Shown here one piece after another: positions 11,706 through 22,920 of a DNA stretch of 64,000 nucleotides. The stretch spans positions 248,001 through 312,000 of the forward strand of contig OZ024756.1 in the NCBI GenBank assembly GCA_964016885.1, in the 5' to 3' direction. Position 1 is the first letter of the stretch. The number at the start of each line of letters is the position of its first letter. Below the pieces are notes generated by a model that was not told the DNA's origin, did no database searches, and saw only the letters and a list, made by a program, of their open reading frames with translations. The translations under genes and the position numbers were made by a program. This stretch comes from Eledone cirrhosa (taxonomy: Eukaryota).

Positions 11706-13697
11706 GGCGTAGCAGTATCATCGTTAACTGCTATAAGGGAAAAGGAGATGCCCTAGATAGGAGTAACTATAGAGGCATTAAATTAATCGACCAGGTCATG
11801 AAGGTCACGGAAAAAGTAATAGCGCAACTAATCAGAGAGAGAATTGATCTAGATGAAATGCAGTTCGGGTTTGTGTCAGGCAAAAGTACCACAGACGCTC
11901 TTTTCATTGTACGACAACTACAGGAGAAGTACCTAGCTAAAAGTAAACCCCTATACTTAGCTTTTGTCGACTTGGAGAAAGCCTTCGACAGAGTCCCCCG
12001 TTCCATTATCTGGTGGTCTCTTAGAAAACTAGGTGTTGATGAATGGCTTGTGAGAGCTATACAAGCCATGTATAAAGAAACAGTCAGTAAGGTTAGAATT
12101 AACAACGAATATAGTGAAGAGTTTAGCGTAAAAGTTGGTGTCCATCAGGGCTCTGTACTTAGCCCCCTACTATTTATTATTGCCCTTCAGGCTATAACAG
12201 AGGAGTTCAAGACCGGCTGCCCATGGGAACTCCTATACGCAGATGATCTAACGCTCATAGCTGAATCAATGACCGAACTAGAGAAGAAATTCCAAACGTG
12301 GAAGCACGGCCTAGAATCAAAAGGCCTTAAAATTAACCTGGCTAAGACTAAAGTTCTAGTTTGTAGGAAAGAAAATAAGGCGGCGGTCCCATCGGGGAAA
12401 TGGCCATGCTCAGTGTGTAGGAAAGGCATAGGTAGAAACTCCATTTTATGTCCCAAATGCAAAGTATGGGTGCATAAAAGATGTAGTGGGATCACAGGTA
12501 AGCTAACTAAGAACATAGATTTTACATGTGGCCGGTGCTCTGGTGCAATAAGTAGCAGCAAGTGCCCACAAAATACTAGCTCCTTCAACTGCGCAGAGGG
12601 TTCTATAGAAATAGTGGACAGCTTCCGTTATCTGGGTGACAAAATCAGCAGTGGGGGAGGGTGCTCTGAAAGTACAGTAGCTAGAGTCAGAACTGGATGG
12701 AAAAAGTTCAGAGAGCTTATACCACTATTAGCCGCTAGAGGGTTCTCCCTAAAAATGAAAGGCAGGTTATACGATGCCTGCATACGAACAGCAATGCTGC
12801 ATGGCAGTGAGACCTGGGCATTGTGTGCAGAGGATATACGCAGACTAGAGAGGAACGAAGCTTGCATGCTCCGCTGGATGTGCAATAGTAATATACGTGA
12901 ACGGCAAAGCATAAACGAACTAAGGAAAAAATTAGAAATAAGAGGGATCAGATGTTGTTTACTCGAGAGAAGGCTACGTTGGTACGGTCACGTGATGCGC
13001 ATGAAAGACGACAGCTGTATAACAAAGTGCAGGGCAATAAAGATAGACGGTAGCCATGGAGTAGGCAGACCCAGAAAAACATGGGACGAGCTGATAAATT
13101 CCGACCTCACACGCTTACACCTCTCCAAGACAATGTCACTGGACCGAGACCTTTGGCGGTACTCAGTAATAGAGAAGACCCGCCTTACCTAAATACAAAG
13201 TAAAAACCTACTACAGTCAGTAGGCACCTCTATCAAAACACACCCCCGTCCCACCACCTCCACCCCACCCACACCGCCCCTTTCAATGTAAAGTTATGTT
13301 GGTCCCACAACATCCAGGCCGAAACAAATGAGATCGTGTAGGTGTCACGACAAAAAACACAGTCCACGCTGTAAATGTGGCCGTGTAGGCAACACGGTAA
13401 AAACCTCCCAGCCCCACACTGTAAATGTGGTTGGTGTTAGGAAGGGCATCCAGCTGTAGAAAACCCGCCAGACAGTCCACGCTGTAATGTGGCCGTGTAG
13501 GCAACACGGTAAAAACCTCCCAGCCCCACACTGTAAATGTGGTTGGTGTTAGGAAGGGCATCCAACTGTAGAAAACCCGCCAGACAGTCCTATGCGAGCA
13601 AGACAACCACTCTTGCCTCAAGTGGGAAAACCCCCGTCCAAACCCATGCAAGCGTGGAACACGGACGCTAAACCGGATGATGATGATGATGATGATG
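11706..13697 (+). mobile_element. 5'-truncated RTE family A copy with duplicated 3' UTR segment
   Basis: RT frame is open to 13192. (GAT)n tail. Confidence 0.95.
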
Positions 13698-13731
13698 AAA
13701 CATTCATTATTGTGCCATTACAAAGGATTGG

Positions 13732-14372
13732 CAGACATAATGCTTTACAGTATCTAGTTACAACTTACTATGTTCTCAGGTCAACTTTGCCATTCTTCTG
13801 GTATTAATAAAGTACCAGTAATACACTGATCAGACATAATGCTTTACAGTATCTAGTTACAACTTACTATGTTCTCAGGTCAACTTTGCCATTCTTCTGG
13901 TATTAATAAAGTACCAGTAATACACTGATCAGACACAATGCTTTACAGTATCTAGTTACAACTTACTATGTTCTCAGGTCAACTTTGCCATTCTTCTGGT
14001 ATTAATAAAGTACCAGTAATACACTGATCAGACACAATGCTTTACAGTATCTAGTTACAACTTACTATGTTCTCAGGTCAACTTTGCCATTCTTCTGGTA
14101 TTAATAAAGTACCAGTAATACACTGGTCAGACACAATGCTTTACAGTATCTAGTTACAACTTACTATGTTCTCAGGTCAACTTTGCCATTCTTCTGGTAT
14201 TAATAAAGTACCAGTAATACAATGATCAGACACAATGCTTTACAGTATCTAGTTACAACTTACTATGTTCTCAGGTCAACTTTGCCATTCTTCTGGTATT
14301 AATAAAGTACCAGTAATACAATGATCAGACAATGCTTTACAGTATCTAGTTACAACTTACTATAATCTCAGG
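13732..14372 (+). repeat. ~99-bp tandem repeat (~6.5 copies) derived from an internally deleted SINE
   Basis: Unit starts recur at 13732, 13831, 13930 and onward. The unit contains GGTCAACTTTGCC and TAAAGTACCAGTAATACACTG from the SINE. Confidence 0.9.
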
Positions 14373-14399
14373 TTGACCAATACCTTGGGAGTAAAATTT

Positions 14400-15667
14400 G
14401 GTCCTATATGTTCTGAGTTCAAATTTCACTGAGGTCAACTTTGCCTTTCATCCTTCCAGTGTTGATGAAATAAAGTACCAGTCATATATTGTGGTTGATT
14501 TAATTATTTTTCCGTTCATCACAACTTGTTGGCCTTGTGCCTAAATTATACATTATTATGTTTATAGTAAAAACATGTGGCCTAGTAGTTAGGATGTTGG
14601 ACTCACAATCATCAGGTCACAAGAAAGGTCTCTGGTCCAAGTCATATGTTGTGTTCTTAAACAAAATATTTTTACATTGCTCCTTCTGCCAGGAATTCTG
14701 AATCCCACCAAGGTCATCTTTGCCTTTCATCCTTACAGGGTCAATAACATAAAATACCAGTAATGCATTGGAGTCAATTTAATCAACTTTCCTCTCCCCA
14801 AAAATTGTTGGCCTTGTGACTAAATCAGAAACCATTGGTGGTTTGGCAGTATCGGTAGAAGGTCGGATGCCATACTTTGCAGCAAAGAGTTACGGCCCTT
14901 TATGGTCTGAGTTCAAATCCCGCCGAGGTTAACTTTGCCTTTCATCCTTACGGGGTTGATAAAAATAAAGCACCAGTAATACACTGAGATAATTGCTGGC
15001 CTTGTGTCAAAAGTAGAAACAATTATTATTATTAGTCTCATTTTTACTTTTCCCTGCATTAATGAGCACGGCCCTGTGTACCTTGGATACGTGTAGTTTC
15101 TGTTTTAGTGATCTTTATATGTGTGCAATACCTAATTCTGCTATTTATTTGAATACTGTCCATATTTGTGAGTCCTGAGGGTTTTTGGTTATGTCTGTGT
15201 GTCTTTATTTTATCATTCTCAGAGCACCTATTATTATTCGGTGGATTGGCAGTATCAATAGAGTGTCGAACAACATGCTTTGCAGCATAGAGTTACTGCC
15301 CTTTACATTCTGAGTTCAAATCCCACTGAGGTTAGCTTTGCCTTTAATCCTTACGGGGCTGATAAAATAAAGCAACAGTAATGCACTGGGTGTCGATTTA
15401 ATCGACTTTCCCCTCCCCCAAATTGCTGGCCTTCTGCCAAAAGTAGAAACAATTATTATTATTATAGAGAGGGCGGTGGATTGGCAGTATCGGTAGAGGC
15501 TCGGACGCCATGCTTTGAAGCATAGAGTTACGTCCCTTTATGATCTGAGTTCAAATCCCGCCGAGGTTAACTTTGCCTTTCATCCTTACGGGGGTCGATA
15601 AAATAAAGTACCAGTAATACACTGGGTAATTGCTGGCCTTGTGCCAAAAATAGAAACAATTATTATT
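14400..15667 (+). mobile_element. Cluster of same-orientation SINEs (~14405-14555, 14572-14690 second family, 14695-14835, 14837-15030, 15239-15462, 15471-15667)
   Basis: Repeated B-box, core and ATT tails. Confidence 0.85.
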
Positions 15668-15981
15668 AAATGAAAATACTGACTACAACTTGTTTTGAAT
15701 TCACACGTAACCACATACACCCACCCACACCATGCACACTCCAAAGATGAACTAATTTCACAACAAAATAATAAGAAAATCTAAAAACGGAACTATATAG
15801 ACATCTGTGAGCATAAACACATACATTGGTATGGCATGTGGGATGAAGTGGAGTGGGGGGAGGAGGTTGGTAGAGTGAGGGAGGGAGGTAAGACACTTCA
15901 GATCTGCTAAGGAAAGCCTGAGAAAGCATGAACAAGATAGAACCAGTGAAGCACAGTTACATATTATTCACAAACACACAT

Positions 15982-16025
<44 letters not shown>

Positions 16026-16129
16026 ATTTAAACAAAAGAATGTATGTTATTTATGTGTTTGTGTGCATGTGGGTGTGTTTTTATGTGTGTATGTATGTAT
16101 ATATATATATATATTATAGTTTGCTTGAA

Positions 16130-16565
16130 GTATTGTATATAATATATAACGTTGAAAGAGATAGAAGGCTAAACAATGCAAAATGGACTCTAAGATGAAG
16201 TGTTTTGTTGTTGTTGTTGTTTTATCTGTGCAATATTTCGGGACCTAAAGGTCCCTTCATTGGGGTTTAAGGAACCTTCAGTGGATAATGTTCCTCTCTT
16301 TGGGATACAATTTTGATTAAAAAAAATTTCTCAGTCGTTTTTCGAAGGTTACTTCGCTTTCTAAGTTAATGACGTCAATTGCCAATATAGTATTTCGCGA
16401 AATCAATTTTTTTTTTTGTATGAGATGTTTAGTTTGTGTGCCTATGGGTGAGTCTTTTTATGTCAAGTACTGTGTGCTGAGTTCTAATCTATTATTTATT
16501 TATTTGCGAGTTGAGTCTACGTATGAGCAAGGTTTCCTTAATTCTTAAGTTGCCCACATTTCTAT
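16130..16565 (-). pseudogene. Decayed PLE 3' end (GIY-YIG C-terminus + degenerate hammerhead)
   Basis: Minus strand reads NVGNLRIKETLLIRRLNSQINK, a PLE EN C-terminal-type motif. Downstream is AATGAAG-GGACC-TTTA-GGTCC-CGAAA. Confidence 0.55.
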
Positions 16566-17123
16566 TTTACCAATCTCATTTACCTCTCTCACCCATAGAA
16601 TTTGTCTCTAGCTGACATTTCCCCTCTTTGCCACCCCCATCCGAACTCTTGACCAGTCCATTTTACACAATTGAGATACACACATATTTACAGAAAATTT
16701 CCCTCTCTCGAAAAATAATTTTGTTCTTTGTAAAAAAATATAACTACCACTACCACTACTCTCTATATATAAGATTCCATTTTAGACCCAGTCTTCTTCC
16801 AAACAAGAAAGATGAACAGACCTTCTTCAACAATTAATTTTTAATTCTTTTTAATTGTAGTATTCAACATTTGATAAGATGGATTACACTGATACATGGA
16901 AACCGGTTATATTTTATATACATTATAAAACTCTTTTTTTAAAAGAATTGTCCCTCTCATTTTTTCAATAATGTCACTTTGACGAATCAAAGAAAGGAAA
17001 ACAGAAAAACAGATCCTTAAATATATTTTCGGTGCTATTTCCAATCTCACCTTTTCTCTATAACCACTGTTTTGTATAGAACCTTACTTCCTTTTCAAAT
17101 ATATTATATATATATATATATAA

Positions 17124-17454
17124 CATCATCATCATTTTACGTCCGCTTTTCCCTGCTTGCAATGGTGGGACCGGAACTGATTCTGGCTTGATTTCTACAG
17201 CTGGATGCTCTTCCTAACACCAATCTCATTTACAGTAAGTGCTGGGTGCTTTTTTGCCCTGGCACCTCCACGACCACTTTGCAGTGGAATGATAGGGACC
17301 CCAGTCCTATCATCTCATTTCTACAGCTGAGTAAACTGGAGCAATGTGAAATAAAGTGTCTTGCTCAAGGAAACAACACATCACTCAGTCTGAGAATTGA
17401 ACTCACAACCTTTCGATTGCAAGTCCAATGTTCTAACCACTAAGCCATGTGCCT

Positions 17455-17457
<3 letters not shown>
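17124..17457 (-). mobile_element. tRNA-head/CORE-like SINE with RTE-derived 3' tail
   Basis: Head GGAGGCACATGGCTTAGTGGTTAG..GAGTTCAATTC, then CCTTGAGCAAGACACTT. The tail is shared with RTE 3' UTRs and ends in (ATG)n. Confidence 0.8.
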
Positions 17458-17487
<30 letters not shown>

Positions 17488-17656
17488 TGCTATTTATAGT
17501 GGTAGTAGACTGACCTCCCTGCCTCTGCCTTCTATCTTTGCACACGGCACTGGACAGAATTGTTTCCACATCATTCATTCTCATCTCGGGAACTATTTTG
17601 AATAGAGCCAGTTCGTAATTTGAACTCGGGGATTTTATATTTTCCGAGTGAAAAGA

Positions 17657-17743
17657 ACCTTCTGACGAGAGTTTATCTTTTCAATGGAAGCCTGCAAAGA
17701 CTGTCCATTTATTTTTGAGACTCGAAACCGATTCGGTAAAGGT
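17657..17743 (+). ncRNA. Canonical type I hammerhead ribozyme in a non-coding TA-flanked insert (~17486-17815)
   Basis: ACCTT-CTGACGA-GAGTTT..AGACTC-GAAA-CCG-ATT-CGG-TA-AAGGT. Stems I and III are perfect, with a GUA cleavage triplet. Confidence 0.85.
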
Positions 17744-19402
17744 AACCATAGTAAGTACAGTGAATTCTTTGAAATTTATTTTGAAACTTTTTCTTATTTG
17801 CTAAACCTTGATATTATATATATATATATATATATGGAAAGTTATATTTAAATTGTTGGGTTACAACTAGTAAATATTTATAACTGATATAAAAGCACTC
17901 GACAAATATTTGGAGTATATTTACAATATTAAATAAATGGAAACTATATTTATAAAACCATATTTATTTCATTATATATATTTCAGGGATATCATATTAA
18001 CAATATGCTATGCCTTCCTCAGACAAAATACAATATAAACAGTTTTATAGATAAATAGATTCGACATACCGTAACAACATCGACTTGTATTTGAAAAGGT
18101 TGATTTGGTAGTGAAAAAATTGTACACAGAGAGAAAGAAAGAGAGAAAAAAGGAAAGAAAGACAGAAAACGAAGAAAAAGAAGAAAAAGAAGAAATGCAT
18201 GTAACAAAATAGAGAGATGGAAAGATAGATAAAGAGAAGAACTTCATGTAAAGAAACAGAAAGATATATATATAGAGAGAGAGAGAGGAAATAGAGATAG
18301 ATACATATATATAGAAAACTAGGTAGTGGGACGTCTGTTGAGTAAACGTATCAATAATACATTTATTTATTTATTTATTTATTTAGCTCTAGTATTAATG
18401 TAAGGGAGATATATGGAGAGAAACCAGCTGTTATATAGAGAGAGAAAAAAAATTTAAAAATATCCAGACATAGGCGAGGCGTAAAAACCCTATGTTTTAA
18501 TGTAGAGGTATTAGTATTTATAAAACCAGCCACTATATTGTAAATATCAGTATTCCTGAATGAAACATGTAACCATAATGTGTGAAAATTAATGATCTTA
18601 TGTTTAGTTTTTTAAAAAAATTCATAAGTTTATGTGATAACTACAAACATCTATGTGAATCTACATGATCAACTCTGCAAACCCTAAGTTCATGGAAAAC
18701 ATTCTCAATGTGGTATAAAAATTTAAGTATACATATATGTGTATATATATACACACAAATATATATAGAGTCAATATTAGTATTCCTGTCTTTACTCTAC
18801 AAGATTATCTATCAAGCAGAAATAGAGAGCAGATTTCAATATACTAATAAAAATATATATCAGAAACAAAACTAAAAAATAACAATAATAATAATAAGTA
18901 ATAATAAAATAGAAAACTAAAAAATATTACGAAAGAATATTACATATTAAAAATATTACATATTAAAAATTTACATATTAAAAATATTAAAAATAAAAAT
19001 ATTAGAAAATACTACAATAATAAAAATAAAAATAAACCACAAAGATCAACCCTTCAAAATTAATTGACAATATATTGCCAAGTTCATTATAAGCATCAGA
19101 GTCGAAAAACAGATAAAGCCAAAAATTATCTATCAAATTGCATCTAGCAAAGATCATTTCAAAAAGTTTAGGATGCCCAATTTGGTCTACATGTGTTCTT
19201 ATATTTAATATAGAAGTTTATCTAGTGTAACGTTTATTCGAAATATTTGGAGCATCAACATTTAGGGTAGCTTAATTTTTCATGAAGAATGTTTAAATAA
19301 AGAATGTTTAAATAAAAATAAAATAAAATAAAAAGAATAAAAAGAAGGAGTCAAAGATTTATCGGCTAGTTTCCCATATAATTATAAATCAAACTAAATA
19401 TA

Positions 19403-21613
19403 CTACATTTTAAATTTAAATTTATATTTAAACGTTGAGTTTAATCTATGTTTGCAACAACTGAATAAATTTGTCCGTAGATTAAGGGAATTTTTAGATT
19501 TTAGTATAAAGAATATCTCCTCTGCGCAGAGGTCACATGTCTCAGAGGATGAATTAAAAGGAATCCCTCTTGAGACTATATTCCAAGCCGTCGAATATCT
19601 AACGTTATCTAGCTTAAGTTGCCAGAGTACGCCTGATAGTGCCGTTGAAGATTTTTTGCTTGGATCTGTGAAAGAATTCTTGTGGTTATTATAGCGAAGT
19701 TTAAATTCCGTCGATGTGGAACCGACGTAGTTAAAAGAATTAGAGTCAGTATTAACATTACAATTGTATACTATATTTTTAACTAAGCAGTTGTTATTTA
19801 ACGGACATTTAGATCTATCTCTACAGTTACATTTGTTAACTTGTATATTATTTATGCTATTATCAGGTTTTAAGTTCCTATTATTTATTCTATTAATATT
19901 TTGTGCTAAATTTTTGGTGGATGAGTAGGTTAATTTTATTGTATGTCTATTGAAAATTGAGTGATACCTATGTGTTCTAGGGAAGCGATTATCAAGAGCT
20001 TTAAAAAATAGTTTAGCGATGTGGGTTTTAATGTTTAGTGAGAAGGGGGGGGGGAACCAAATTATGTTCCTAGTTCTATTTCTTTTTTGGCCTTTGAAAT
20101 TATTGTAATGCTTTCTATTATAGTTGTTAAGGTTGTTGCCGTAATTAAAAAAGTTGTTACTTTGTTTAGTTTGTCTATCATTATCTATGTACACAATCTT
20201 ATCAGCATATCCTGCTCTAGCTAATGCTTCATTGTAGTATTGGGCTTTTTCGTCGAAAATCTTTCTATTCGACGAGATCCTAGAGATACGTTTTTGAACA
20301 GAGTTTACTATAGTGTTTTTGACAGATCTGGGGTGGTTAGAGTTAAAGTTGACATAGTTTAAGTTTTCATTCAACTTGTGAAAAGGATAGTGAAGACACG
20401 TGTTGAGATTTAATGTTATATCTAGGAAATTGACTATTCTATGGTTGTTCTCAATTTCTATTTTAAGATTAAAGTAATTAAAAAATTGTGTAATTTGTTT
20501 ACATTTTCTATTTAGTTCAGAGTTATTATTATCAATAAGTAAAAGCATGTCATCTCTATATAAACCTCCGGTAGTACCAGGTATTTTCCTATGTAGCGAA
20601 TTGATTAAAAATAAGCCCACAAGGTCAGTTACCTGAGCTGAGTCGGATGATCCCATAGTAATGTCAAAATTGCTATCTCTATCGGCTCTGGTCCATAGTT
20701 GGTCATTAAATTCTATCAAAGTTTTCCTAGCCGATAATATAATATGCATTTCATTGCTAGTTAGGTCAGTATGTTTGAATGCGTAATTTAGTGCCTTATT
20801 TAGTAGATTAGGGGTAATAGAAGAATAATAGTTAGCTATATCAAGTTGAATAAACTTATTATTATTGTTATATTTAATTTGCTTAAACCACTCAACAACC
20901 TCTCCAGTTCCCTTCCACAAGCTCAGGTTAGATAAACAATCCAAGTTCTTAATTTGCTGTATCACCCTGTCAAGAATGTTTTTGCTTAATTTGCCCAGGT
21001 CCGATTTTGATGGTGTGATCAATCTAACTGGCAGGTCATTTTCAAAATTCCTCTTGTGATCTTTCATATTGATCTTCGGTTTCCTGGGCACGAAAGGTTG
21101 TGTTCTGTTCTCAATTTCCAACTCGTGCATTATACAAGATGCTTCGACATTCATTTTCTCAAGCTCGGCCTTTTCTGCTACCTTGTACTTTTTCCTCAGC
21201 TCTTTCAGTATGAGGCCATTATACATGTCTTTCTGCACTCCATAGAGGTTGTTGGTCTTGTCAGATTTCACCAAGATCTTCTCAGTTTTCTCTAAGCTCT
21301 CAATGTTATCCTTAATGCCTTTCAGATATTCCTGGCCTTTGAAGTTTCTCTTGAATTTGACCCCTTGTATGATAGAAATTATATCGTTTTCAAAGTCAGA
21401 TAAAAGTTTGTTAGGGGGTGGATTTCTTTTAGATTTGAAAACTTTGTTTAAGTCCGAGACATTTTCGTTTGTATTAGATTTATCAAAGTGGAATGCTCGC
21501 CACCTGATTCTCCTTATAAAAGAGTCAGATTTATCTATTAATTGTTTTATAAAGTCTTTGTTTCTAGGTAGAGGTATGTCTTTTAAAGAGCAAGTAATCT
21601 TAAAGAATTCCAT
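19403..21613 (-). CDS. PLE polyprotein: reverse transcriptase + C-terminal GIY-YIG endonuclease
   Basis: SLKDIPLP N-terminus, KSDKTNN, LDIANYYSSI, TMGSSDSA, YRDD, FLDITL, CNCRDRSKCPL..C linker, IVY..YVGST..FKLRY..H, CDLC..E, CKH. 736 aa intact. Confidence 0.93.
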   Translation of the reverse strand: MEFFKITCSLKDIPLPRNKDFIKQLIDKSDSFIRRIRWRAFHFDKSNTNENVSDLNKVFKSKRNPPPNKLLSDFENDIISIIQGVKFKRNFKGQEYLKGIKDNIESLEKTEKILVKSDKTNNLYGVQKDMYNGLILKELRKKYKVAEKAELEKMNVEASCIMHELEIENRTQPFVPRKPKINMKDHKRNFENDLPVRLITPSKSDLGKLSKNILDRVIQQIKNLDCLSNLSLWKGTGEVVEWFKQIKYNNNNKFIQLDIANYYSSITPNLLNKALNYAFKHTDLTSNEMHIILSARKTLIEFNDQLWTRADRDSNFDITMGSSDSAQVTDLVGLFLINSLHRKIPGTTGGLYRDDMLLLIDNNNSELNRKCKQITQFFNYFNLKIEIENNHRIVNFLDITLNLNTCLHYPFHKLNENLNYVNFNSNHPRSVKNTIVNSVQKRISRISSNRKIFDEKAQYYNEALARAGYADKIVYIDNDRQTKQSNNFFNYGNNLNNYNRKHYNNFKGQKRNRTRNIIWFPPPFSLNIKTHIAKLFFKALDNRFPRTHRYHSIFNRHTIKLTYSSTKNLAQNINRINNRNLKPDNSINNIQVNKCNCRDRSKCPLNNNCLVKNIVYNCNVNTDSNSFNYVGSTSTEFKLRYNNHKNSFTDPSKKSSTALSGVLWQLKLDNVRYSTAWNIVSRGIPFNSSSETCDLCAEEIFFILKSKNSLNLRTNLFSCCKHRLNSTFKYKFKFKM

Positions 21614-22792
21614 TTTTCCAGTTATAATATAAAGCGCTCAACAGTATTGGAGCAAGATACATGGAAAGTTATATTTAAATTGTTGGGTTACAACTAGTAA
21701 ATATTTATAACTGATATAAAAGCACTCGACAAATATTTGGAGTATATTTACAATATTAAATAAATGGAAACTATATTTATAAAACCATATTTATTTCATT
21801 ATATATATTTCAGGGATATCATATTAACAATATGCTATGCCTTCCTCAGACAAAATACAATATAAACAGTTTTATAGATAAATAGATTCGACATACCGTA
21901 ACAACATCGACTTGTATTTGAAAAGGTTGATTTGGTAGTGAAAAAATTGTACACAGAGAGAAAGAAAGAGAGAAAAAAGGAAAGAAAGACAGAAAACGAA
22001 GAAAAAGAAGAAAAAGAAGAAATGCATGTAACAAAATAGAGAGATGGAAAGATAGATAAAGAGAAGAACTTCATGTAAAGAAACAGAAAGAGATATATAT
22101 ATATATAGAGAGAGGAAATAGAGATAGATACATATATATAGAAAACTAGGTAGTGGGACGTCTGTTGAGTAAACGTATCAATAATACATTTATTTATTTA
22201 TTTAGCTCTAGTATTAATGTAAGGGAGATATATGGAGAGAAACCAGCTGTTATATATAGAGAGAAAAAATATATAGAGAGAGAAAAAATATAGAGAGAGA
22301 AAAAATATAGAGAGAGAAAAAATATAGAGAGAGAAAAAATTTAAAAATATCCAGACATAGGCGAGGCGTAAAAACCCTATGTTTTAATGTAGAGGTATTA
22401 GTATTTATAAAACCAGCCACTATATTGTAAATATCAGTATTCCTGAATGAGACATGTAACCATAATGTGTGAAAATTATTGATACGTTTACTCAACAGAC
22501 GTCCCACTACCTAGTTTTCTATATATATGTATCTATCTCTATTTCCTCTCTTTATATCTCTTTCTGTTTCTTTACATGAAGTTCTTCTTTTTATCTATCT
22601 TTCCATCTCTCTATTTTGTTACATGCATTTCTTCTTTTTCTTCTTTTTCTTCGTTTTCTGTCTTTCTTTCCTTTTTTCTCTCTTTCTTTCTCTCTGTGTA
22701 CAATTTTTTCACTACCAAATCAACCTTTTCAAATACAAGTCGATGTTGTTACGGTATGTCGAATCTATTTATCTATAAAACTGTTTATATTG

Positions 22793-22858
22793 TATTTTGT
22801 CTGAGGAAGGCATAGCATATTGTTAATATGATATCCCTGAAATATATATAATGAAATA
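22793..22858 (+). ncRNA. Hammerhead motif of the Naiad pLTR (minus-strand copies at 17965-18030 and 21792-21857)
   Basis: TATTTTGT-CTGAGGA-AGG..CCT-GAAA-TATATA-TA-ATGAAATA. Confidence 0.75.
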
Positions 22859-22920
22859 AATATGGTTTTATAAATATAGTTTCCATTTATTTAATATTGT
22901 GTATATATATATATATATAT

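Larger units (their letters stand above)
17835..22900 (-). mobile_element. Apparently intact Penelope-like element (Naiad-type) with direct pLTRs (17835-18594, 21661-22480) and an inverted partial pLTR (22477-22900)
   Basis: Near-identical direct repeats flank an RT+GIY-YIG ORF, with an inverted 5' copy. TA tracts lie on both sides. Confidence 0.92.

Noticed and set aside
16870-16915. Hammerhead near GGAAACCGGTTA
   Set aside because: The palindromic stem III is present but I could not find a convincing CUGANGA or stem I.
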